Of a DNA stretch of 62,900 nt, positions 53,105-62,900 are shown piece after piece. A program made the position numbers and the translations under genes. Under the pieces are notes generated by a model. It had not been told where the DNA came from. It worked only from the letters and a program-made list of their open reading frames with translations, and searched no databases. Origin of the DNA: Macrostomum lignano (Eukaryota); contig NIVC01004047.1 of the NCBI GenBank assembly GCA_002269645.1, positions 1 through 62,900 of the forward strand, written 5' to 3'. Position 1 is the stretch's first letter. Every line of letters starts with the position of its first letter.

Positions 53105-56100
53105 TCAGTCGTCGACTCCGATAGACATCTCCGACCGACGCATCTGAATGCCGAGCACCATCTTCTCGGCGATATAGCGGTAGACGCTCAGCCAGGCCTT
53201 CTGAACCTCACGGGTGTACAACGGGCCCAGCTTCCGCTCCATCGCATAGTCTATGGCCGGCCAGAGGCGCTGAAATGTTTTATTTGATTCGATTTTTTTA
53301 CTATGATTCATAGGCGTAGGAGCGTTTCAAAATGTGGGGGGCCAGGTCAGTGGCGGATTTAGGGGGCTGGGGCGCATAGGGTGCACGCCCACTGTCGAGT
53401 TAGATTTTTCTATTTTTATGGAAAATGCACATTATCATGCACCAATTATTTTTAGAATCGGTGTTGTCAGCACTCATTTTAGCGTTGCAGGCACTCTTTT
53501 AGCGCCGTGGGCACTCATTTTAGCGCCACAGCCCTTATTTTAGCGCCACAAGACCTCATTTTTGCGCTGCAGGCACCCATTTTAGCGCCACAGGCACCCA
53601 TTTTAGCGCCGCAGGCACTCATTTCAGCGCTGCAGGCGCTAGCGCCACAGGCACTCATTTTAGCGCCGCAGGCACTCATTTCAGCGCTGCAGGCACTCAT
53701 TTTAGCGCTGCAGGCACTCATTTTAGCGCCGCAGGCACTCATTTTAGCGCTGCAGGCACCCATTTTAGCGCTGCAGGCACTCATTTCAGCGCTGCAGGCA
53801 CTCATTTTAGCGCTGCAGGCACTCATTTTGGCGCCGCAGGCACTCATTTTAGCGCTGCAGGCACCCATTTTAGCGCTGCAGGCACTCATTTCAGCGCTGC
53901 AGGCACTCATTTTAGCGCCGCAGGCACCCATTTTAGCGCCGCAGGCACCCATTTGAGCGCTGCAAGCGCTATGTTTTGTGGCCCTGCAGCAAAATGTATT
54001 CATGCAAAGCAGCAAAAATAAAAAATAGGAGTAAAAATAAACAAAAAGTTTACATTTTGCAGTTAAAATGTGGAGGGGCCATGGCCCCACTGTCCCCCCG
54101 TTCTTACGCCTATGCTATGCTCGTATGATTTAGTCTACTACTAGTATTAACAACGTTTCAGTAGAGACAAAATTGATTTTTAACTACAGTTATTCAAGCA
54201 TTCAGACAAATGAGATAATGTTGACTAGATAGGCAATTTCATAAATATGGCCTATACTAGCCTAATGTAGTTAAAGTATTTTATTCTACTTTAATGAAGG
54301 CTCACTACTGAGTGTAAAGACAATCACATTATTATTTATTTGCATGTATTTCTTATTAGAAAGGTAAATCATACCAGAAGAAGAATATTGGGTGCTGCCT
54401 CCTATCAAAAGCATTTACAAGTGTTTTGTTGAAAAATGAAAAACTCCATTCCCCGTAAACCTGTCTAATAAAAATTTCCCAAGAAACATAGTTCCCATCC
54501 TCCTACTTGAATAGCCCTTGCTCTAACACTAACCTAAACCCTAACCTAACCTAAATTGTCCTGTTTCATGTGCTAACTGATAGTCTCTGTGGATTTTAAC
54601 ACTGGGGGGAAGGCAAGGCAAGTATACAGATAGTGCACGTTCGTATTGTTTGGAAAATCCGCATCGAACACTCCAACACTACTTGATATTTGCATCTAAA
54701 TGGGGGGGGGTAAATATATGCAGATATCTGATATAATTTCAAATATGTCTTCAGCTCCGAGAGCTGATATGGCATATCAATCCGATTAGCCTTGGGATTA
54801 TTATCAAGTCTTTAAGCGTCATTTGGATGCAAAGGAAAAGACAGCAAGCTGTTAACATTATTGCTCTGTATTTAGACCCCCACAGATGCAGAATTTTCTG
54901 ATCCTCATAAGAAGATGAAAGTTGATGAGGGTGAAATTATGATCATTACTGAAAAACAAGTGAGCTAAGCTAATAATTAAGACTCAAAAGTTGCATCTTC
55001 ATATTAGGTTTCTTTTTTTGAGCTTCACGGATGTAACTGAGACGTTAATGCATCCAGAAATCTGCGAGGCGTCAGGCAGTCTTGCAATGAGATCAATCAA
55101 TAACAAAAATCAAACTTCTCTCTCAGGAACTGCAAGCCTAGACTTGTAACTCGAAACAATTCACGATGATACAATAAACAATCAATACTGCGTGTCTTAT
55201 GCATCTCTATGCTTTATGAAACTTGTGGCTTATATCGCCTACAAGTAAAAACTACGAGTAGGTTACAGCCGATCAATGGGATGCCGTCTTAGAAGGCCGT
55301 TCGTTCAGCCTCAAATCTCAATGCAAAGCAAACCCGTTTGAACTGGAGCAGATTAAAGGCAATAACAAAATGTCTGCACTGATTTTTGGACACGCCCTTG
55401 GGCTACAATGGATTGCTAGGGAGTTTTTAATAGGATGTTGCACCACACAATATTAATCCTGCAATTTGACTCAAGTGAATATTTTGGTACTCAAGTCCTA
55501 AATGAGGCAATGCACATCCAATTTAATTCCTACTTTAGTTCTCGTATGCAATAAATTCTACGAGTATGCATGCTCCTTTCCGAAAGCAAATGTATATCTA
55601 CTGGACAAACTTCAGTTGTGCACTGTTGTTCCTTTATCAGTGCGAGGCCAGTTTAATATAAGTGAGTGGCCCCAAATGTTAACGTACGTACACTGGCGCG
55701 TTTGTCGGATTGGCGGTCTGTGCATTCAAGTGACGAGAGTCAATGCGAACGGCCTCTCCGTCAGCGAATGTACATTCAAGGGACGAGAGTCAATGCGAAC
55801 GGCCTCTCCGTCAGCGAATGTACATTCAAGGGACGAGAGTCAATGCGAACGGCCTCTCCGTCAGTGAATGTACATTCAAGTGACGAGAGTCACTGCGAAC
55901 GGCCTCTCCGTCAGTGAATGTACATTCAAGTGACGAGAGTCACTGCGAACGGCCTCTCCGTCAGTGAATGTACATTCAAGGGACGAGAGTCAATGCGAAC
56001 GGCCTCTCCGTCAGCGAATGTATATTCAAGTGACGAGAGTCAATGCGAACGGCCTCTCCGTCAGCGAATGTACATTCAAGTGACGAGAGTCAATGCCAAC

Positions 56101-57615
56101 GGCCTCTCAGTCAGTGAATGTACATTCAAGGGAAACTAGCTCTTACCATCACGTGCTCAGGACGAACGTGAAAAGCGCAGTGGGCCTGTCCCAACGCTAG
56201 CAGAACCGAGTTCAGCACCAGGGCGTCTTCTAGGCAGTCGACAGCGGCGCCCAGCGCCTGCATCACAGCTTCGCCATGCTTTTTCAATTTCTCGGGATCT
56301 GGCTCGTAGTCTGCTGACGCGGCGGCGTTGTTTTCATCTGAGCGAGCCAGAAGCTTGCGGAACAGGCTCCTCATTGACTTGTCCGTCTCGAATAGCCTGA
56401 TGAGGTTGACGAGTGTAATAGGAATATTGTACGAGCTCAAATAAAATAGTCTAATTAGAAAACAGTTGTCTAGAGAGACTGAAAAGTTTTAAATCAATTT
56501 CTAATTGAGCACATGTTAGCTTTGCATGCTTTTGCGACTTCAACTTTGACATCGAGCCGCCCTGCCTGGCCTTACGAGCGCATAACCTTTGATAACCCCG
56601 TCAGGGAAGCCTGACTTTTAGTAGAATTTTATTTTTTGCTACCCAGCGGACACAGCAGTCAGTGCAGTTGATTAAGCAGCATTTCTCTTTCATCTGCTCC
56701 AGTCTCGCCCGTTCAGCCATCTATTAGCCTTGAGAAGGGAAGCCACATTCGGATTGGCTATCCCCTTTGTGTAACTGGCAGAGAGGAACTTGAAGCACGA
56801 CCGATCTTAAAAGCTTCCGATTCTAAATTTTCTTACAACTTTCACGCTAAGAGTTTTGTTAAAAGTTTCCGCTGTATCAGGATGTAACACTCGCGTTATA
56901 TGAAAAAATTGAAAGCTAAATTTCGCTTTAAAATGCGAGTTAGAATATCTAAATTTATAAGCACTTGACAGCCGATTTCTTACCCGAGGCTGTCGAACGC
57001 GCGAAAATTGCAACAAATTACCATTCTTTAAAATGTTTACATAAATCTTCAATATAACTCACACCAGCTCGATATTCATATATCAGAAGCCTGGAGGTGA
57101 GATTAGCGCGTTTTTTAGCGAATTAGGCCTTCAAATAATTTTTTCCATAGAACGTCCATAGAACGGGAGAGTTGAGTTCACAATAACGCCTCAATTACTG
57201 GGGTGTTATGGAGCATCAAATTCACACTGTGCAATCAAGTTTCAAGTTTCAATCAATGAATAATAATTAAATATTAGTCTACTACTAGTATTTTATATAC
57301 TTATATTAAATATAGTAGTCAAAAAGCAAAAACGGTTTCCCCGTCCAGGTGGTCAAGTGACACAGTGCTTTAGCCACCCTGCCCCTGTTCGCATGGACTC
57401 CCACTCTCCCATATTTACTTTGGCACCCACCGGATAAACACGAGCGCGCCAGTTCCGGCCAGGTCCTCGCAGACGCGGGCCCAGGTGCTCCTGACCAGGG
57501 CGATCTGGTCAGGGCTCAGCCGGTCGCTAATCTGATCGTTCAGACGTCTCTCGGCGGCCGATTCCGACGCAGCAACGGCGCCGTGGTGCGCCTGCTTGGC
57601 CTGAGCGCAGCCCAT
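53105..57615 (-). CDS. GbX: Globin, globin X-like with N-terminal acylation motif (199 aa); exons 57615-57431, 56396-56147, 53269-53105
   Basis: MGC N-terminus; A-helix LVRSTW; CD1 Phe (RSLF); distal His KKHG; proximal His GQAHC; HVRPEH; introns at canonical B12.2 and G7.0. Confidence 0.9.
53309..54114. mobile_element. ~806-bp non-autonomous DNA transposon (CATAGGCGTA TIRs, degenerate 8-bp TSD) carrying an internal 21-bp array, in globin intron 2
   Basis: Left cataggcgtaggagcg, right cgttcttacgcctatg; flanks ctatgatt / ctatgctc; (gcaggcactcattttagcgct)n at ~53470-53965. Confidence 0.75.
55727..56130. repeat. 50-bp minisatellite x ~8 starting ~11 nt inside the globin exon-2 donor
   Basis: (gcgaatgtacattcaagggacgagagtcaatgcgaacggcctctccgtca)n. 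Confidence 0.96.
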
Positions 57616-58494
57616 CTTACAGCTCCTCGCTGGAATTCTTTTGTACTCTGCTTTATTGGAAATATCTTATTTTGCCAGGTCTAGCTGTCAGTAGAAGACG
57701 GGCTCTCATATTGAAAAGCCCCGTCTCAAATCAGGGAGCGATGCTGCTGATTGGCTGTCTGCAGAGGAGGCATCGCTTGCCAATGGTGCAAAAGTACTCC
57801 ATGAACACGGTCTGTGTAGGCTTGAGTTTGAACAAGCTAAGGTCAAAAGTAGTAACAGGCCGTTACTACTTTTCGTTATCGTTCTATTCGGCTAGACAAT
57901 CTGTTGATAAACCAACAAATTTTGTTACAGAAGTGGTCTCCAGCCTCTGTGCCTTTCTCGGGTGGCCGATTTAGAAAACTATTGCAATAGTATACGCCAC
58001 AGCGCCTATAGGGATTAATGAGATTAAGCGGAGGCGAGTCTCCAATGAGATGGAGAAGACAGAGGGCGAGAGAGCGAGGCGGAGATCCTGGCTGAGAGTA
58101 AGGGCCATCAAGCGGGAGATACGGTCGGGATTGTATTACCGCGAGAGATATGAGGCTTGGCTTGGCTCGCTGGCAATGAGAGGCCGGGCGGCATCGATTC
58201 ATTTAGTAAGAGAAAAATGTCTCGCGAAACGTGAGCTGGCCCTGCCAAAGTATTTATAGTCTCTGCCGCTATCGCTACGGATTTCTTATGGCCACGCGAG
58301 ACGGAGTCGACCTCGGTGCATGGGCGTCGAGATCTAGAAGCAGAGCCTCCAAAACCCCCGTTTCAGACAACTGCAGTCTATCCTATTTTACTAAGCATAA
58401 TATAACTACTGGTCATGAGATTCTGAGTCTTAATTTTTACAATTGTCAACAAAACGATTGATAGGAACATGAAATTTATTAAGTGAAAATACTG

Positions 58495-58772
58495 TCTGTG
58501 GCGCTGAATTGGCGCTAAATCTCACCTGTAGCGCTGAATTGGCGCTAAAATCTCACCTGTAGCGCTGAATTGGCGCTAAATCTCACCTGTAGCGCTGAAT
58601 TGGCGCTAAAATCTCACCTGTAGCGCTGAATTGGCGCTAAAATCTCACCTGTAGCACTGAATTGGCGCTAAAATCTCACCTGTAGCACTGAATTGGCGCT
58701 AAAATCTCACCTGTAGCACTGAACTGGCGCTAAAATCTCACCTGTAGCACTGAACTGGCGCTAAAATCTCAC
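58495..58772. repeat. 30/31-bp minisatellite (tagcgctgaattggcgctaaaatctcacctg)n
   Basis: Read directly. Confidence 0.96.
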
Positions 58773-59684
58773 GTGTGGTGCTCAAATGACTCAAAAATAT
58801 CAGGCCGTATGAATAAAGTCTGTAAGAACTTGCAAGTTCCGCCTTTAAATTTGAGACGGAGCAGCTGCTCAAGTCTGGGAATTCTGCGTCTCTGGTCAGG
58901 TCGGAAGACTGGCGATCCGGATAAAGTTCCGTTGAGCGGGAGCTTATTTCGGAAAGAGTTCTGCCGTGTAGAAATATAAAGACACTCATCTGATTCAAAC
59001 TGACCCGAGGTTTTACTCAGCCTCTGAGTCTTTGATTGAAATCCAGAGCAACAACTTTGAGCAAATTCTCTAGATCAAGTTGTTTTCTCAGAAGTCACCG
59101 CTCCGTTTATTCATACAGACTTGAGACCGAGATGAAACTACTTGGTTTCATTTTATTGCTGAATATCTGTAAATTATGCAATTCACTCATTTAAAAATCA
59201 TTTGGTTTTGGCAAAAGAAACTGACTGTCTCTGGACCTCTAGCGCTCCCCCTCCCTACTCCTGCCTGAGCTTACAAGAGCTATAGGGAATTAAGTTCTAC
59301 CAAAACTGCACAGCAAACGGACAGGAAATTTTCTGCGACCGCGACAGCTGTTTCGGCCTGTCTTCTTTTTGTATCCGCAGCTTAGGTCGAAGAGCCACTG
59401 GCCTGCGCTGGGAAGAAAAAATTTTTCGCTTGGAGCTGACTGTTAGCTGCAGTCAGTAGCGCAACTGTGCCTGCATATTGGCAAGTGTAGACTGCATCAG
59501 CTGTTGCTGCCGCTAAAAACCACCCCGTGCGGGTAGGGAGAGGAAGGGAAGGAGAAGACACGGCCAGCGCAGTATAAATCAAGCAGCAATATTCGACTGC
59601 TGTTCTTTCTAATCTTTCTATTTTCTTCGCACAGCAACTTTGCCAGAGAAGAGCCCAGCTATTGGTAAGCACAATGCACTGAAT

Positions 59685-60570
59685 TACTGTTGGGTCTTAG
59701 TGTTCCAGTCTTGGTTCCTACAGCATGGGGTCTTAGTGTTCCAGTCTTGGTTCCTACAGCATGGGGTCTTAGTGTTCCAGTCTTGGTTTCTACAGCCTGG
59801 GTCTTAGTGTTCCTGTCTTGGTTCCTAAAGCCTGGGTCTTACTGTTCCAGTCTTGGTTCCTACAGCCTGGGTCTTACGAGCGTACTGTTCCAGTCTTGGT
59901 TCCTACAGCCTAGGTCTTAGTGTTCCTGTCTTGGTTCGTACAGCCTAGGTCTTAGTGTTCCAGTCTTGGTTCCTACAGCCTGGGTCTTACGAGCGTACTG
60001 TTCCAGTCTTGGTTCCTACAGCCTAGGTCTTAGTGTTCCTGTCTTGGTTCGTACAGCCTAGGTCTTAGTGTTCCTGTCTTGGTTCGTACAGCCTAGGTCT
60101 TAGTGTTCCTGTCTTAGTTCCTACAGCCTGGGGTCTTAGTGTTCCAGTCAATTAGTTCCTACTGCATCGGTCTTACTGTTCCTGTGTTAGTTCCTACTAC
60201 TTGGGTCTTACTGTTCTTGTCTTGATTCTTACAGCAGGGGTCTTACTGTTCTTGTCTTGATTCTTACAGCAGGGGTCTTACTGTTCTTGTCTTGATTCTT
60301 ACAGCCTGGGTCTTGCTGTTCCTGTCTTGATTCCTACAGCCTGGGGTCTTAGTGTTCCAGTCTTGGTTCCTACAAACTGGGGTCTTGCTGTTCCTGTCTT
60401 GGTTCCTACAGCCTGGGTCTTACTGTTCCTGTCTTGATTCCTACAGCCTGGGGTCTTACTGTTCCAGTCTTGGTTCCTACAGCCTGGGGTCTTACTGTTC
60501 CTGTCTTGGTTCCTACAGCCTGGGTCTTGCTGTTCCTGTCTTGATTCCTACAGCCTGGATCTTACTGTCT
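59685..60570. repeat. 35/36-bp minisatellite (gggtcttagtgttccagtcttggttcctacagcct)n
   Basis: Read directly. Confidence 0.95.
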
Positions 60571-61554
60571 TTTACCAATTACTAAAGCCTGTTCAATGCT
60601 TAGCAGCTCTGTTTCTGTTGTCAAGGTAGTGACTAAGTCATCTGACGCCTGTTTAACGCGTAGCTGATGTGCACTTTATTAATTTGTTTACTCACTCTCG
60701 CAGCATGATTTGACACGGCAAATACAGACTATTTACCTAAGCAATTATACTCTTTGAGTGCAGACTAATTCATTGTCAAATCAATAATTCGAGGCAATTA
60801 ACAAAGCCTTTCCAGTGTGCAATCGAGACGAAAAGAACTTGTTGCCAACAGTGATAAACCGTGTGAATTGTAACACTTTCGAGTTAGAGTAGGAATGGCT
60901 AAGAGGCAATTGTGAACCATCTTCTAACGTGTAGCTACTAGCGCTAAGAGTGTAACACGAGAAATTCGCATCCTATAGACTTAGGAAGGTGCGTAGGAAG
61001 GTCGCATCCCGATCGTGACTGGAGAAACATCTGCAGCAGATTGAATCAGATTTCTTCGCGTGACTTTACTGCAATTCTCAGACGATTGCAAGCATTAAAG
61101 TATTAAAGCGGAAGGATTTTTTTAGAATAAAAGATGTCGGATCAAACTGCTTTTGTCTAGCAAACTTTAGGCTAACTGAACTTTACTGAAGTCGAGATAT
61201 CGTTTCGTTTCCTTTGCGCATTTGAAGCGGCTACATCATGCAAAAATCAGTCTACTATAATACCCAAGAACCAAACCCTAGTGGCATAGCAACTATTGGA
61301 AGTAGACAAATATGAGCTATCTACATCACACTAAATGCTCTGGCAAAGTTTGGTCGTTGTCACCATCGGAACATCTATAATTAAGGAGAACTACCACATC
61401 CTTTAGTAGACATTTTACCTGTTTTGAAATGAATCTTGAAGCCTTAACATTTTTTTCCTTCATGACATACCGGACAACTTTAGAAGCTTGTAGATGTGGA
61501 CTACCTAAAAAGTCATATTTGTTATATAAAAAATTGCTATATCGGGATCTCTTA

Positions 61555-61790
61555 GACATCGGGATTCGGGATTTACATCAGGATTGCTAGACATCGGGAT
61601 TCGAGATTTATATAGAGATTGCTAGACATCGGGATTCGAGATTTATATAGAGATTGCTAGACATCGGGATTCGAGATTTATATAGAGATTGCTAGACATC
61701 CGGATTCGGGTTTTACATCGGGATTGCTAGACATCGGGATTCGGGATTTACATCGGGATTGCCAGACATCGGGATTCGGGACGGGATCCC
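61555..61790. repeat. 35-bp minisatellite (gctagacatcgggattcgagatttatatagagatt)n
   Basis: Read directly. Confidence 0.9.
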
Positions 61791-61881
61791 GTCGGAGGCC
61801 TTCATCAAATTAACCGCGCAGCAATTTATTGATTCGAGTATCTCGCACCTGCCCGCAGTTCGCTAAGCGATTCATTTAGCA

Positions 61882-62900
61882 ATGGTAAAAACGCCACCGA
61901 CCAGCGAGCAGGATCCTGAGCAGCCGCCTACTCAACATGTCGACGACGATGCCGCTGATGCGCTGCCTCTGGTGGAGATCGCGGACCCATCGCGCAAAAG
62001 TGAGCACCAGAACGAGCAGCGCCAGCCAGCGCCGCAGCTCTCCGGACTCACGAGAGAGGAGCTCGAGGCCTACGTCAATGACCCGTTTTGGCGCCGGCTC
62101 CGCCTAGCAACCCTCTGCCTGTTCGCTGCCCTGTGGCTCTGCATGTTCGCAGCGGTCATTGTCATTGTGGTGGCCTCGCCAAAATGCCCGCCCAGGCCTC
62201 CCAGGCAGTTCTGGCAGCGGCCCGTCTACCGCCTGCAGCTGGCCGCATTCGCCCCTGCAACCAACTCGGATCCGAGCGCGGTTGGCAGCCTGGCTGGGCT
62301 GGCCAACCGACTGGCGTACCTGCGCGACACCCTTGGCATGTCCAACTTCCTCATTGGCGGCGGTGTCAACCCGGTCGGTCCGGCGTCCGGCTGCCCGACC
62401 GACTTTGCCGCCATCAGGCCGCCACTGGGCCGACTGAGCGACCTGAGCGCTCTGGCTAAGAAGGGCCGCAAGAAGGGCTTCAATCTGATACTGGAGCTCG
62501 ACCTCAGCCAGGCCGATCCCGCTTGGTCGGACAAGCCCGACGACTTCATCAAATCGCCCTGGCCTGGAAAATCCAGCCGCGACTCGAAATTGGCCTGGAG
62601 CAACGAGCAGCTTCATCTTCCGCGCTCCACCTGCAACTCGCTGAATGTCAGCTCGCCAAGCGTCCGATCGCGTCTCGCGCGCCGCCCTAACCGCCTGGCT
62701 CGACGCCGGCGTCTCTGGCTTCCTACTAAACACGTCGCTTTCATGGCACCAACAGTCGCGGACAGCCGCCGATCCCAAACTCCGATTGGTTCGCCAGCGA
62801 TCCCGTGCCTCATCTGTATAGCAACTCGAGCGTCGAATTTGTGCGCTGGGCACGAGGGCTGCTGAATCAGGAGGCGACCGCCTCGGCCGTGACTTAGCGC
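61882..62900 (+). CDS. SLC3A2: SLC3 heavy chain (4F2hc/rBAT-like), 5' part; several 1-nt frameshifts after 62680; runs off the window
   Basis: LSGLTREEL..DPFWRRLR + TM + VASPKC..FWQRPVYRL; alpha-amylase-like ectodomain; the LAAALTAWLDAGVSGFLL motif appears only in a shifted frame. Confidence 0.85.

Noticed and set aside
53245-53260. GTCTATGGCC core inside globin exon 3
   Set aside because: Encodes WPAIDY in a continuous globin G helix; treated as coincidence

Overview
Eukaryotic (metazoan) genomic DNA, not prokaryotic. GC-rich, poly-Q-rich exons alternate with AT-rich introns packed with mini- and microsatellites. Gene content and repeat style suggest the flatworm Macrostomum lignano (inference only). 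Spliced genes I could reconstruct by hand from GT..AG boundaries and phase: 3' part of a hydroxyproline-type proline dehydrogenase (PRODH2-like, +); two C-type lectin + PAN/Apple paralogs with single-exon CDSs (-); WBP2 (-) head-to-head with CEP126/KIAA1377-like (+); an innexin (+); an FMRFamide-receptor-like rhodopsin GPCR (+); an orphan Q/P/S-rich 3-exon gene (-); an N-acylated globin X-like gene (-); and the 5' part of an SLC3A2/4F2hc-like gene (+). There are also orphan exon fragments at 26-36 kb. Mobile DNA: a decayed mariner, two tRNA-derived SINEs and several MITEs with readable TIRs/TSDs. There are more than 25 tandem arrays. No rRNA, functional tRNA or CRISPR array was found. Best leads: (1) the lectin stop-codon region is itself amplified as a 25-bp array, and both paralogs carry an RFX X-box; (2) a ~665-bp x ~8 array that multiplies a candidate terminal exon plus polyA signal, inside a TIR-like pair flanked by (CA)n; (3) most genes carry a different minisatellite hard against a splice site or stop codon. 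Single-base indels in homopolymers (lectin 1, SLC3A2-like) may be long-read assembly errors.
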